From: Candidatus Eiseniibacteriota bacterium
GTDB lineage: Bacteria; Eisenbacteria; RBG-16-71-46
Assembly: GCA_963717505.1 (NCBI GenBank)
Contig: OY970342.1
Coordinates: 2,848,001 to 2,912,000 of the forward strand
Direction: 5' to 3'
Length of the DNA stretch: 64,000 bases
The translations under genes were made by a program, and so were the position numbers. Shown in pieces: positions 41,021 to 51,369 of the stretch; within the stretch, counting starts at the first letter, position 1, and each line of letters starts with the position of its first letter. Below the pieces are notes generated by a model that did not search any database, had not been told where the DNA came from, and worked only from the letters and a program-made list of their open reading frames with translations.

Positions 41021-41881
41021 CTATTGCGTGATCTGGCTGACCCGCAGCGTTTCGATGTCGATCGCGGACAAGAAGCCAAAGCCATTCCAATTGTATAGGC
41101 CGAACACGAGGCGACGCGAGTCTGGCGACCACGACGGAAGGTCGCCGTCGGTCAGATAGTGGGCTCCCGTGCCGTCGGGCTTCATGAGGAAGATGTGCCC
41201 GGGTGAGAGGGTGTATGCGATCCACTGCCCGTCCGGGGACCACGTGGGGTCCGAGTATCCCATGTCCGTCGTGAGTCGCTGCTCGGCGTGGCCGGTCGTG
41301 TCCATCACGAAAATCGCTCCACCACTGTCAGGTGACTGTCGGACATGAACCAGGCGCGCACCGTCTGGTGACCAGTCGGGATCGCGCCAGCTCTCGGTTC
41401 CCGTCGGCGCCAGCGACCGCAGCCCGGTGCCATCTTGCGACACGATCCAGATGCTTCCGGTCCCCGTCGTGTCGAATGTCTGAAAGGCAAGCTCGTTCCC
41501 GGTGGGCGACCAACGTGGCCTGGATCCCTGGGTGGTAATCGCCTGCAGGCCCCCGCCGGTCACAAGGACCGAGTGGATGCCCTGGTGGGAGATCGCGAGA
41601 CGCGTGCCATCGGGCGACCAGTCGGTTTCATGCCATTCACCCTGCAGAACCTGAGGGCCCACCACACCAGCGGTGTCGACGATCCATATGCCCGTGGTCG
41701 AGGGCGACCCGCGAAGGTACCTGCTGTACGCAATCCGTGACCCGTCCGGGGACCATGCGGGCGAATCGGCGTTCCACAGAGTCTCTGGCTGCACGATCGG
41801 CCCTATGTTGACCGGAACCGCGACGCCACAGCCGGCCGCAAGCGCGGCGGGAAGAAGCAGAGCGCCTATTCTCCATCTCAT
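41021..41881 (-). CDS. TolB-like PD40-repeat lipoprotein
   Basis: Lipobox LAAGC; six P.WSPDG-type repeats. Confidence 0.85.
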   Translation of the reverse strand: MRWRIGALLLPAALAAGCGVAVPVNIGPIVQPETLWNADSPAWSPDGSRIAYSRYLRGSPSTTGIWIVDTAGVVGPQVLQGEWHETDWSPDGTRLAISHQGIHSVLVTGGGLQAITTQGSRPRWSPTGNELAFQTFDTTGTGSIWIVSQDGTGLRSLAPTGTESWRDPDWSPDGARLVHVRQSPDSGGAIFVMDTTGHAEQRLTTDMGYSDPTWSPDGQWIAYTLSPGHIFLMKPDGTGAHYLTDGDLPSWSPDSRRLVFGLYNWNGFGFLSAIDIETLRVSQITQ

Positions 41882-41924
41882 GGCGCAATACTGACACAAT
41901 GCGAGGCAAGCGATGCCAACGGCC

Positions 41925-41954
41925 AGATCCCGGCCCTTGCCGGCGCCGGGATCT
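41925..41954. terminator. GC-rich hairpin downstream of pal
   Basis: AGATCCCGGC-10 nt-GCCGGGATCT perfect 10-bp inverted repeat; no U-tract. Confidence 0.45.
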
Positions 41955-41984
41955 ATCCGCAGGACAAACGATGAAGGTTCCGGC

Positions 41985-42512
41985 TCAGCGGTTCGCGCCG
42001 ACCTCTTGACCTTGGCCGGAGACCACGAGATGCGCGCGCCGGTTTTGTGCCCACGCGCTCTCGTTCGAGCCATCGGCGAACGGACGCATCTTGCCATACG
42101 ACATGACTCGGATGCGGCTCGCGTCGATCCCCGAATCCACCAGGTAGCGGCGCGCGGCGTTCGCCCGGCGCTCGCCGAGCGCCTGGTTGTATTCCACGGT
42201 GCCGCGCTCGTCGCAGTGACCTTCGATGAGCACGCTCGTGGTCGTTTGGGTTCGCAGCATCGCGGCATCGGCATCGAGCGCCTCGCGCGCGTTGCCGGTG
42301 AGCGCGTACGAATCGACATCGAAGAAAGCGGGCCGCAGTTCGATGGACGCCTGCTCCGGCTCGGCAGCCGGCGGCGGGGGTGGTTCCACCGGCGCTGGAA
42401 CGGCGGCGGCGGGTGAGGGTGGTGGCGACACCGCGGTCTTGCGCGCGCAGCCCACGAGCGCGAGGAGCACAACGAGTGCGGCAACGGACGCGGGAAGGGT
42501 GCGTGAGATCAT
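41985..42512 (-). CDS. pal: Peptidoglycan-associated lipoprotein (OmpA_C)
   Basis: LVGC lipobox; IEGHCDERGTVEYNQALGERRA, SYGK, NRRA. Confidence 0.93.
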   Translation of the reverse strand: MISRTLPASVAALVVLLALVGCARKTAVSPPPSPAAAVPAPVEPPPPPAAEPEQASIELRPAFFDVDSYALTGNAREALDADAAMLRTQTTTSVLIEGHCDERGTVEYNQALGERRANAARRYLVDSGIDASRIRVMSYGKMRPFADGSNESAWAQNRRAHLVVSGQGQEVGANR

Positions 42513-42737
42513 TGGGAGGTCCTCCAGGAGGTGCGTCGTCCCGACCTTCCGCAAGTGGGGGCGGAAGGGCCGTTCCCGAGGGCAACGCCCATGCCGCGAG
42601 CCGGGTCGTAGGGGCGCTGCGCCTTGCTCTGCCGCGATTTGCGGGCACGCGAGGCCTCGGATCTCCGAGCCGGACGAAGCCGGTCAGCCTGCCGTTTCGC
42701 CCGATCGAGCAGGCGAATCGCACGGCCGCCGTAGTCG

Positions 42738-43211
42738 TCAGTCGAACAGGTGGAACCGCGTGCCGAGCGTGAGCACGAAGCCGTCTTTCCCCTGGGTCGT
42801 GTACTTGATCTCGTAGAACGGTTTCAGCCGCCTGATGCTCGCCTTGGCGCCGACCAGAAAGTTGACGCCGGTGTTCCACGATGCGTCGTTCTGGTCCGGA
42901 TCGTGGTGGTAGCTGGTGAAGCCGGCGCCCGCGTAGAGCGCGACGACCGGCAGCGGGAGCACGGGGAAGTGGCCATCGACGGTGATCGCCCAGTCGTTGC
43001 TGTTGTCCACGAACACATATTCGAGCATCGGGACCACGTCGAAGCTCAGGACCCCGATGGCAGCCCCGGCGCCGATCGACGCGGTCTCCGGCTCCACGCG
43101 CCAGTTGGTGAACGCGATCGGCTCGACCACGCTGATGGCGGCAGCGGGTTGTGCGGTGGTGAGGGCAAGACCAAGAAGCAGGACACAGCGGAACCACCCA
43201 CGGACAGGCAT
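42738..43211 (-). CDS. Small outer-membrane beta-barrel protein
   Basis: Signal peptide; alternating beta strands (LYAGAG, PFYEIKY, LGTRF); GGAG SD. Confidence 0.7.
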   Translation of the reverse strand: MPVRGWFRCVLLLGLALTTAQPAAAISVVEPIAFTNWRVEPETASIGAGAAIGVLSFDVVPMLEYVFVDNSNDWAITVDGHFPVLPLPVVALYAGAGFTSYHHDPDQNDASWNTGVNFLVGAKASIRRLKPFYEIKYTTQGKDGFVLTLGTRFHLFD

Positions 43212-43318
43212 GGTGGGTCTCCAGGTTTGGAAGCAGGAAGGATACGAGGATAGATCGACCGTCGCTTCAAGCTAACACCCCACGGCCGCCGGCCCCAGCC
43301 GCGCATGCCCGGAACTCG

Positions 43319-45082
43319 TCAACGAACCACGCAAATGCGCCGGCTGATCGTGACGCCGTCACGAGACAGCCGCAGCCAGTAGACGCCGCTCCTGGTGACC
43401 GCACGACGATCGAAGCGTTGCACTTGTGGTCCTTCGCCCGTGGCCTCGACAGCCCGGCGGGCGACGATGCGTCCGGCGAGGTCGATGAGCTCGATCTCGG
43501 CTCGTCCGGGCGCGGGCAGCGTGAAGGTGACGGCGAAACCCTCCGAGCTGGGATTGGGCACCACTCGGGCGATTGCGAAACCGGCGTCTAGCGCCTCGTC
43601 GGGTATGCCCAGCAGCCCGTCCGCGACGATGCGGGTCGCGTAGATCTGCGTGGGCTCCGATCGCGCGTCGACCCAGGCCACGATCGCGTTCGCCGCGGCG
43701 TCGGTCGCGACGACCGGTGAAGTCTGATCCCCCGCGGCGGAAGAGATGGAGAGCCCGTCGATCGGCCATCCGTTGGCGACCGCGCCCGAGCCCGTGACGC
43801 GCAACGCGTAGACATCTTCGTCGGCGCCGTTTCGATGGTCCTGCCACGCCACGACGACTCCGCCGGCGCCGTCGTCCGCGACACGCGGGAGGCGCTGGTC
43901 ACCCGTGGCCCCGCACAAGCGCAGTCCGTCCACCGGCCACGAAAGTGATCCATCCGCGAGCAGGTGCTGCGCATAGATATCCGCGGCGCCGGCGCCGGCG
44001 CGCAAGTCCGTCCACACGATGAACGCGCCTCCTTGGCCGTCGGACGCGACGGAGCTCCGGCTCACCGTCGTGCTCGTGCCCGGGAACGGGATGTAAGTGC
44101 CCGACTCGGTCGCGAACGCGCACACGTCCAGGCCGTTCGCCGGCCAGCCCGAGGCGACCGAGAGGTCGGAGAGGAGATGCTGTGCCATGAGCCGGGGCGG
44201 CGTGAAACCGGCATCGCGCCAGAACACGAACGCGCCACCGGCACTGTCTTCAACAATTCCCGGAGCGTCACGGAAACCGTCGCCGGCCGGCCGGTAGGAT
44301 TCCGGGCCCAGTCCACCGCTGGCTTGCGCCTTGCGCACGAGGCTACCGACACCGGGTGAGACGACGAACGCATCCTGATTGCCGACCGCGCCGACGATGG
44401 GACCCCATTGCTGGAACAAACTGCCGTTCAGGTACGTTCCGTTTGGCGTCCAGTCTGGAGCCGTCCCGCCGTCCTCGATTCGTGCGCCGACACGCCCGGC
44501 ATCGTAGAAGCGGTTCGAGTAGGTCCAGGAAGTGAACAATCTCCCGGAGCCTCCGAGCGCTGCGACCGGGATCCAGTTGCGGCAGCAGGCGGTTCCCGGA
44601 GTGCCAGGACCATCGGGATAGCCGGTGATCCGCACGCCGTCGACCGGCCACCCGGCTGCCGTCGTCCCGTCGAAAATCAGATGGCTCACGATCAGAGGAG
44701 ACATGTTGAAAGGGCCGCCGTCGTCGACGACGATGACTCCTCCAGAACCGTCGGGAATGGCGTAGGGACGGCTGCGTTCCACGCCGTCGGTCGGAAGCGC
44801 CAAGCCGGACATCGGCCAGCCGACGGCCGCGTCACCGACACCGGTCAAATGCTGCGCGAACGTACGGCGCGGATTCGTGCGGGCGTCTTCCCAGACGAGG
44901 TAGGCGCCACCGGAGCCATCCGGCACGATGGCCGGCGTCGTCTGCGTCGCCACGCCGGGACCGACCGGGATGCCGTTGGGAACCCACGGGGCACCCACAG
45001 CGCCGCCGGTGACAAGGAACGAAACTACGAAGAGAGGTAGGAGCTTCGTTGAGAACGCGAGAACGGATCGGGGCGAGTTCAC
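43319..45082 (-). CDS. Secreted repeat protein (DG.GG..V.W.D.R repeats) with CTD
   Basis: Signal peptide then WVPNG; repeated DGxGGxxxxWxDxR...YAQH..GWP.DG; PNPS..GVYW C-terminus; AGGAGG SD. Confidence 0.85.
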   Translation of the reverse strand: MNSPRSVLAFSTKLLPLFVVSFLVTGGAVGAPWVPNGIPVGPGVATQTTPAIVPDGSGGAYLVWEDARTNPRRTFAQHLTGVGDAAVGWPMSGLALPTDGVERSRPYAIPDGSGGVIVVDDGGPFNMSPLIVSHLIFDGTTAAGWPVDGVRITGYPDGPGTPGTACCRNWIPVAALGGSGRLFTSWTYSNRFYDAGRVGARIEDGGTAPDWTPNGTYLNGSLFQQWGPIVGAVGNQDAFVVSPGVGSLVRKAQASGGLGPESYRPAGDGFRDAPGIVEDSAGGAFVFWRDAGFTPPRLMAQHLLSDLSVASGWPANGLDVCAFATESGTYIPFPGTSTTVSRSSVASDGQGGAFIVWTDLRAGAGAADIYAQHLLADGSLSWPVDGLRLCGATGDQRLPRVADDGAGGVVVAWQDHRNGADEDVYALRVTGSGAVANGWPIDGLSISSAAGDQTSPVVATDAAANAIVAWVDARSEPTQIYATRIVADGLLGIPDEALDAGFAIARVVPNPSSEGFAVTFTLPAPGRAEIELIDLAGRIVARRAVEATGEGPQVQRFDRRAVTRSGVYWLRLSRDGVTISRRICVVR

Positions 45083-45292
45083 TGGAACCTCCTGCATGTG
45101 TGATCGACGAACCACGATGTGCAGTAGCCAGGAACCCCGAATCCTCCTCTTTGTGGGGCCATGCTGGGCGGGGAGATGCTCGCGCCGTCAGGAATGATCC
45201 GTCGCGAGAATGCGTCCGTCAATCGGGATTTTGGGCCGCTCTCAAGTGGCCAGGCTGTCTTTGCATGGACCCGGAGGAGTAGCCTGCTGAGC

Positions 45293-46492
45293 ATGAAAAA
45301 ACGGTTGGCGGATCACGAGTCAGAACCCCTGGGTTTCCCAATGACGTTCACTGAATTGGGCCTGGCTTCCGGACTGGTCGCGGCTCTGGCCGAGCAACAG
45401 ATCACCGATCCGACGCCCATTCAGGTCGCGGCGCTGCCGGTGTTGCTGGCGGGCAAAGATGCCTACCTGAACGCCGAGACGGGAACCGGCAAGACCCTGG
45501 CCTATCTGCTGCCACTCTTCAGTCGGCTCGACGCGGAGCAGAAGCTGCCGCAAGTCGTGATCGTCGCGCCCACGCACGAACTGGCGATCCAGATCCAGCG
45601 CCAGTGTCGCGACCTCGCGCAGAATGCCGGCTTGGCGATTCGTACACTTCTGCTCATCGGCGGCACGTCGCTGGATCGTCAGATCGACAAGCTCAAGACC
45701 AAGCCGCACATCGTGGTCGGCTCGCCCGGTCGGCTGCTCGAGTTGATCAGAATGGGCAAGCTGAAGACGAAAGGCGTACGCAGTGTGGTGATCGACGAGG
45801 CGGACCGATTGCTGATTCACGAGAGCCTGCCCGCCATCCGCGAAATCATCCAGGCCGCGCCTCGCGGGCGGCAGTTGATCTTCGCGTCGGCCACGGAGCA
45901 GCCGGAGAGTGCGGAAGCGATCGCGACGCTCACGCATGATCTCGTCATGTTACAGGCCGGCGCCGCACCGGTGAACGAGAACATCGAGCATCTGTACCTG
46001 GTCTGCGAGGGTCGCGACAAGCCGGACGTGTTACGGAAGCTCCTGCACGCGCTGCGCCCCGAGCGGGCGCTGGTGTTCGTGCACCGCAGTGACGTCGCCA
46101 AGGACGTCGCCGCGAAACTGACCCATCACCAGATTCCGGTTGCAGACCTTCATGCTGCCCGTGACAAGCAAGACCGGAAGCAGGCGATGGATGACTTCCG
46201 CATCGGCCAGGTGCGCGTGCTGATTGCTTCCGATGTGGCGGCGCGCGGGCTCGACATCAAGGGCATCACGCACGTCTTCAATCTCGACGTGCCGACGCAG
46301 AGCAAGGCCTACCTGCATCGCGTGGGCCGAACCGCCCGTGCGGGTGCGAAAGGGCAGGCGGTCTCGCTGATGACCGTGGACGAGGTCCGGCTGGTCCGTC
46401 GCTATGAGAGCGAACTCGGCATCGGCATGCACCATGTGCGCCTGCGCGAAGGCCGTGTGATCGCAGCGGGGGTGGACGAGTCTCGAGTCTGA
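45293..46492 (+). CDS. DEAD-box RNA helicase
   Basis: Q motif, AETGTGKT, PTHELA, DEAD, SAT, ARGLD, HRVGRTAR; start at 45293 or 45341. Confidence 0.93.
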   Translation: MKKRLADHESEPLGFPMTFTELGLASGLVAALAEQQITDPTPIQVAALPVLLAGKDAYLNAETGTGKTLAYLLPLFSRLDAEQKLPQVVIVAPTHELAIQIQRQCRDLAQNAGLAIRTLLLIGGTSLDRQIDKLKTKPHIVVGSPGRLLELIRMGKLKTKGVRSVVIDEADRLLIHESLPAIREIIQAAPRGRQLIFASATEQPESAEAIATLTHDLVMLQAGAAPVNENIEHLYLVCEGRDKPDVLRKLLHALRPERALVFVHRSDVAKDVAAKLTHHQIPVADLHAARDKQDRKQAMDDFRIGQVRVLIASDVAARGLDIKGITHVFNLDVPTQSKAYLHRVGRTARAGAKGQAVSLMTVDEVRLVRRYESELGIGMHHVRLREGRVIAAGVDESRV

Positions 46493-46550
46493 ATCCACCT
46501 CCCAGTTGCCACAATTGCCCTGCGACGGGGGGCAGGAAGATACTCGCCGC

Positions 46551-48074
46551 ATGACCGCCTCACGATGGACCGCAATGGCGGCCGCCCTGGTGATTGCCTT
46601 GGTTGCAACGCCTCGAGCCGGTTCTGCAGAGCAAACCAAAGGGACGACCGGCAGCGACGCGGCCCGTGCGACACGACAGCGCTTCCTCGAAATGTTCGCT
46701 CGTGCCTACTTCCCCGGGCGGACTGGCCAACTCCTTGTGGTGCCGCGCAAAGGCGACTTCATCACGCGTCCCGACCCATACTACGCTCAAATGCACGGCA
46801 CGCCCTGGCCCTACGACGTCGACATTCCCTTGATGTTCACCGGCCCCGCAGTGAAGGCGGGGCGGTATTCGATGGCGGCGGTACAACAAGATATCGCGCC
46901 GACGCTTGCCGCCGCGCTGGGTGTCCAGATGCCGCCAACCGCGACTGGGCATGTCTTGCCGGTGTTTCGGAAGGGCTTCGGTCGACCGCGAGCGATCGTG
47001 CTGCTGGTTCTGGACGGCATGCGTCGCGACTATTTCGATCGCCACGCCGCGTCGATGCCGACCCTGACCGCCCTGCGCCGGCGCAGCGCCTGGTTTACTC
47101 AGGCGCAGGTCAACGTCCTCCCCAGTAACACGGCCGTCGGACACTCGACGATCGCGACGGGAACCGATCCCGGTGTGCACGGAATCACCGGCGTCAGCAT
47201 GTACGATTGGGAGGGACGCCGGCGCCACGAAATGTTTGCCGGGTGCGATCCACAAGATCTGTTGGCACTGACGATCGCGGACGTATGGCAGCGCGCGACC
47301 GCCGGGCGCGCGGTCATCCTGGCGCAGGGAAGCATCGACCGAGCGGCGACGCCACTCGCGGGGCATGGCGCGTGCCTCCAAAATGGAAGGCCTGTAGTGC
47401 TCGCGAGCTACGATCAGCAGTCGGGCACCTGGCACTCGAATCCCGCGTGTTTCCGGCTGCCCGACTATCTGAAGGATTCGAGCGCCAGCACGTTGTGGAA
47501 GGAAAGCCCCGAGTGGATGGGTCATAGGATCGACTCGACCACCGCCGTGCGCTATTCGGCGCTGTTTCCGGTGTTCGAATCCAATGCGACGATCGCCATG
47601 ATCGAGCACGAGCCTCTGGGCGAAGACAGCGTCGCCGACCTCATTCTGCTGAACTACAAGTGCGCCGATTTCGTGGGCCACAAGTATGGCCCGGAATCGG
47701 AGGAGCTCCGTGTCACGCTCGCCGAGATCGACCGTCAATTGGCGCGGGTCCTGAGTGCGCTCGAGGCCAAGGTGGGGAAGGACTATCTGCTCGCGGTGAC
47801 CGCCGATCATGGCATGCCGTCGATACCGCCATCGCCCGACCACCGGCATTTCACGACCACGATCGCCGATCTGTTGCACGAGAAGTTCGATCCCGAGGGA
47901 AAGCAGTTGGTCACTTCGTTCGAATCGGAGAACTGCCAGATCTACATAGACGAGGATCGGCTATCGAAGCTGGGCTTCACCCTGCGCGACCTGGCCCAGT
48001 TCCTAGAATCGCAGCCCTACATGTTCGCCGTGTTCACGAACGACGAGGTGGCGCGTGAGGCCGGCATGGAGTAG
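46551..48074 (+). CDS. Alkaline phosphatase superfamily (PafA/NPP-like), circularly permuted
   Basis: VLDGMRRDY, NTAVGH.TI.TG, DFVGH.YGP.S and TADHG motifs; the HGTPW.YD..IPL / DIAPTLA block lies N-terminally. Confidence 0.88.
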   Translation: MTASRWTAMAAALVIALVATPRAGSAEQTKGTTGSDAARATRQRFLEMFARAYFPGRTGQLLVVPRKGDFITRPDPYYAQMHGTPWPYDVDIPLMFTGPAVKAGRYSMAAVQQDIAPTLAAALGVQMPPTATGHVLPVFRKGFGRPRAIVLLVLDGMRRDYFDRHAASMPTLTALRRRSAWFTQAQVNVLPSNTAVGHSTIATGTDPGVHGITGVSMYDWEGRRRHEMFAGCDPQDLLALTIADVWQRATAGRAVILAQGSIDRAATPLAGHGACLQNGRPVVLASYDQQSGTWHSNPACFRLPDYLKDSSASTLWKESPEWMGHRIDSTTAVRYSALFPVFESNATIAMIEHEPLGEDSVADLILLNYKCADFVGHKYGPESEELRVTLAEIDRQLARVLSALEAKVGKDYLLAVTADHGMPSIPPSPDHRHFTTTIADLLHEKFDPEGKQLVTSFESENCQIYIDEDRLSKLGFTLRDLAQFLESQPYMFAVFTNDEVAREAGME

Positions 48075-48091
48075 CCACTCGAAGCGAGGCT

Positions 48092-48181
48092 CTGGCGTCC
48101 CCAACCATCGAGAATTCGAACCGCCTGATCGGCTGGTTGCGGGGGATGGATGGGCTCAAGCAGGATCTCAAGACCCCCTGA
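48092..48181 (+). repeat. att-like element copy A (antisense tRNA-Glu 3' end plus peptide tail)
   Basis: TGGCGTCCCCAAC...ATTCGAACC; reads LASPTIENSNRLIGWLRGMDGLKQDLKTP*; homologous to 62505 and 63243. Confidence 0.8.
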
Positions 48182-48295
48182 GGACCTGCTGCCTCGGCTC
48201 AGCTTCGACGACACGGTGTCGGTGACGGCGGGCGAAACGCAGGTGGCGCCGAAGGCGCCACCGACATACGCACTCTGCGGGGCGGAGGATGGGCC

Positions 48296-49279
48296 GTGCG
48301 AGCGGCGGTCAACACGCGCTACGGATCCCCGGACGTCATAGAGATCCGGGAAGTCGCCAAGCCTTTGCCGAAGGTGGGCGAGGTCTTGGTCAAGGTTCAT
48401 GCGTCGACGGTCAGTCGGACCGACTGCGGCTTTCTCCGCGCTCATCCCTTTGCGATGAGGCTCTTCACGGGGCTATTGCGACCGCAGCGGACGATCCTCG
48501 GCATGGACTTCGCAGGCGTGGTCGAAACGGTTGGCGCGAACGTCAAGTCGTTCCGCCCCGGCGAAAGCGTGTTTGGCCTGTTGCGATGGCGCGAACTCGG
48601 CGCCCACGCCGAATATGTCTGCGTGCCCGAAGCCTCGTACATCGCCAAGATGCCGACGGGCGTGACCTTTGAGCAAGCCGTTGTCGGCGAGGGCGCCTTC
48701 TATGCCTATACTTCGCTGATGCAGCTCGGCCTGAAGCGCGGACAACGCATTCTGATCTATGGCGCGTCGGGCGCCATAGGCACAGCAGCGGTGCAGCTCG
48801 CCAAGTCTCTTGGCGCGGACGTGACGGCGGTTGTCGCCACGCGCCATGTCGACCTTGCCAAGTCCCTCGGCGCGGCGAGAGTGATCGACTACACCGCTCA
48901 GGATTTCACGCGAATCGGGGAGACGTTCGACTGCGTGCTGGACGCTGTCGGGAAGGCTAGCTATTTCCGGTGCCGACGATTGCTGAAGGCAAGCGGGGTG
49001 TTCGCCGCAACGGACGCCGGGCCTGGGGGGCAGACATTGCTGCTCGCGATCTGGTCGTTCATCACCGGGAGCAAGAGGGTTCTTGCTGTGATCCCGAAGC
49101 GGGTCGAGCGTTTTGTCGACTACTTGAAGGAGCGCATTGAAGCGGGCGAGATTCGTGCGGTCATCGACAGGCGATATCCGCTCGAGGCGATCGCCGACGC
49201 CTACCGCTATGTCGAGCAAGGCCAAAAGACCGGGATCGTCGTCGTCAACGTGACGCCGGCGAGTGATCAGCACGCCTGA
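48296..49279 (+). CDS. NAD(P)-dependent MDR oxidoreductase (quinone reductase-like)
   Basis: YGSPDV, ILGMDFAG, GAHAEY, GASGAIG, VIDRRYPL; GGAGG SD. Confidence 0.92.
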   Translation: MRAAVNTRYGSPDVIEIREVAKPLPKVGEVLVKVHASTVSRTDCGFLRAHPFAMRLFTGLLRPQRTILGMDFAGVVETVGANVKSFRPGESVFGLLRWRELGAHAEYVCVPEASYIAKMPTGVTFEQAVVGEGAFYAYTSLMQLGLKRGQRILIYGASGAIGTAAVQLAKSLGADVTAVVATRHVDLAKSLGAARVIDYTAQDFTRIGETFDCVLDAVGKASYFRCRRLLKASGVFAATDAGPGGQTLLLAIWSFITGSKRVLAVIPKRVERFVDYLKERIEAGEIRAVIDRRYPLEAIADAYRYVEQGQKTGIVVVNVTPASDQHA

Positions 49280-49393
49280 TCGTGTCGCCGAGTGACGCTC
49301 CAGTCGCAGCACCTTGGACTGCCGCAGCATGGACACCCTGGCTCCCGGTGTGCCGCGCTCTCGCCGCGTAGAAGTGGCGGCCCCGGCTGAACG

Positions 49394-49916
49394 TCATTCC
49401 CGTCGCTGCCCGCTGCCGAGGAACGTGTTCCAGATTGTGTTTTCGAGGGTGGCCATCGCGGCCTCGAGCTCCGCGCGGTCTTTGATCGTTTCGGAAGTCG
49501 TGCCTTCCGCGGCAAGCGTTTCCGCACATCGCGCTTTGATGGGCAGGCCCTGGTCGCGACTTCCCAATCGGCCCAGCATGGCTCTCACTTGCCGGATCTG
49601 CTCCTGGACGTCCCTGATCTGTTCCAAGGCTCGCTCGACCGTGACGGCACCGCGCTGCGCGTTCTGGAGCAGGTGGCACTGGAACTCGCGACAGCACTTC
49701 GGACGATGGGCGTAGATGCCGCATCGTGTTCCACGCAGGGCCGCACAGGGCTTCGAGAGCAGGCCTGTGTGTCCTGCCCTGGTTCTCGACGTCCATCCCA
49801 ATGATCTCGAGTCGAGCGACCTCGGCCTGACCGACCAGCTCGACGTCGGCGAACAGCGTGCCGTCGCAGCACAGCCCGCAATTCGTGCACAGGGTATCCG
49901 TGAGGAGAGGTGTCAT
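49394..49916 (-). pseudogene. YkgJ-family gene with a frameshift
   Basis: N-terminus MTPLLTDTLCTNCGLCCDG and C-terminus PCAALRGTRCGIYAHRPKCC lie in different frames; shift in the ACACACA tract near 49766-49772; paralog of 30694. Confidence 0.8.
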
Positions 49917-50009
49917 GGGGGGACAATGGTCTATCGCGTCGCGATTCGAAAGGGGTGACTTGAAGTTCCTCCGTCTTTGCCGATGATTAGTCAGAACACG
50001 GGAGGAGCT

Positions 50010-51338
50010 GTGAAGACTAGTACGGAGCGTCGAAAACCGCAGGGTGGTCTCCGGGGGGCCGCCGTCACCTCCGTTGTCGGTTGTGGCGGCCGCCTCTTGC
50101 CGGTGCTCGCGATCGCCCTGTGGACGGCTCCCTCCGCCCAAGCCGTGCCCAACGCGACGCTGTGGGTCGTGCAACCGCCGGGGGAGATCGTCGCGTTCGA
50201 CGTCACCCGGTTCGAACGTGTCGGGGGCATACGGCTGCCGGTCCAGATCTACCACGATCCCAACAAACTCGCGATCAATGGCGTTGGCCAGATCATGGCA
50301 GCGCTGGATGAGCAAAGGCTTTGGCTTTGGGACGGCAGAACAGCGCGCGTGCTTCCCATCGAAACCAGTGTGAACGCAAACCGCGATTCCCGGCGGATCG
50401 CGAGCAAGCCGGCGCAGTGGCTGCTCGGTGACGACGGCAACTCGCTGGTCGTGCTCGAGTCGGTCGTGAAGGACTCCAGCAGACCAAGCGCTGGGGCCGA
50501 GTCGCTGATCGTTGTTCGCGAAACGTCGCTCGAACAGGAGCCACGCGACACGATCGCGTCGTGGAGATTGCGCTACTACGAGTGCCGGACTTCCCAAGTT
50601 GCAGACTTCACAGAACCTTGCCCGGATCCACGGCTCTATGCGCCGGGAGGGATCGTGCGGGGATCTCTCGCAGTCATGTGGTGGGAACGGGACTCGACAC
50701 TGTGGCACGAGGAGGGAACGCCGGCACTCGGTGGGTGCAACATTTCCCGACTCGTGCGGCAGGCTTCGGATTGGCGCGAACTCACCGACTGGAGCAATGG
50801 CGAACTTCCGCTCGATCTCGCAGCCAACGGAGCCTGCCTGTTCGTTGATCGTGATGGCGGTTGCTGCGGCTGGATCAATGAGAGTAGCGATCTCGTGATT
50901 TGTTCAACGCCAGAAACTAGCCTAGTGGTTTTCGACGAATGGCGACGCTTTGAAAACGCCGACTATGACGTGAGTTTCATGGCGACTTCTGCTCGCCTCT
51001 CGCCGGACAATCGTCGCGTCGCGATGACCATTGTGGGTACGTCATCTGCCATCGAAGGAATGCGCCTTTCGGCAGACGGGCAGGCAGATTCGGTCAAGCT
51101 TGCCGGTATTCAACGCGCATTGGCGACATTGCCCATAGCAATGGTGACCCGACTGTCGGAGCCGGGAGAAGTGCCGTTCGAGCTGCCGAACACCGAGGTG
51201 GTTGGTTGGACGAGCGAGCGCGAGCTCATCGTCGTTCAGGACCGCGAGCTGGTCGCTGTCGATGTCGTCACCCGCCGCACTCGATCCACAGGGATCCGCG
51301 TGAGGAGCGCAGCGGATGCGATCGTCGCGCGGAAGTAG
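50010..51338 (+). CDS. Hypothetical secreted protein
   Basis: GGAGGAG SD before GTG; signal-like segment; DGGCCGW.NES.D motif. Confidence 0.7.
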   Translation: MKTSTERRKPQGGLRGAAVTSVVGCGGRLLPVLAIALWTAPSAQAVPNATLWVVQPPGEIVAFDVTRFERVGGIRLPVQIYHDPNKLAINGVGQIMAALDEQRLWLWDGRTARVLPIETSVNANRDSRRIASKPAQWLLGDDGNSLVVLESVVKDSSRPSAGAESLIVVRETSLEQEPRDTIASWRLRYYECRTSQVADFTEPCPDPRLYAPGGIVRGSLAVMWWERDSTLWHEEGTPALGGCNISRLVRQASDWRELTDWSNGELPLDLAANGACLFVDRDGGCCGWINESSDLVICSTPETSLVVFDEWRRFENADYDVSFMATSARLSPDNRRVAMTIVGTSSAIEGMRLSADGQADSVKLAGIQRALATLPIAMVTRLSEPGEVPFELPNTEVVGWTSERELIVVQDRELVAVDVVTRRTRSTGIRVRSAADAIVARK

Positions 51339-51369
51339 ACGCGTGGTTTGCCGCGGGGAACGCTTTGTG

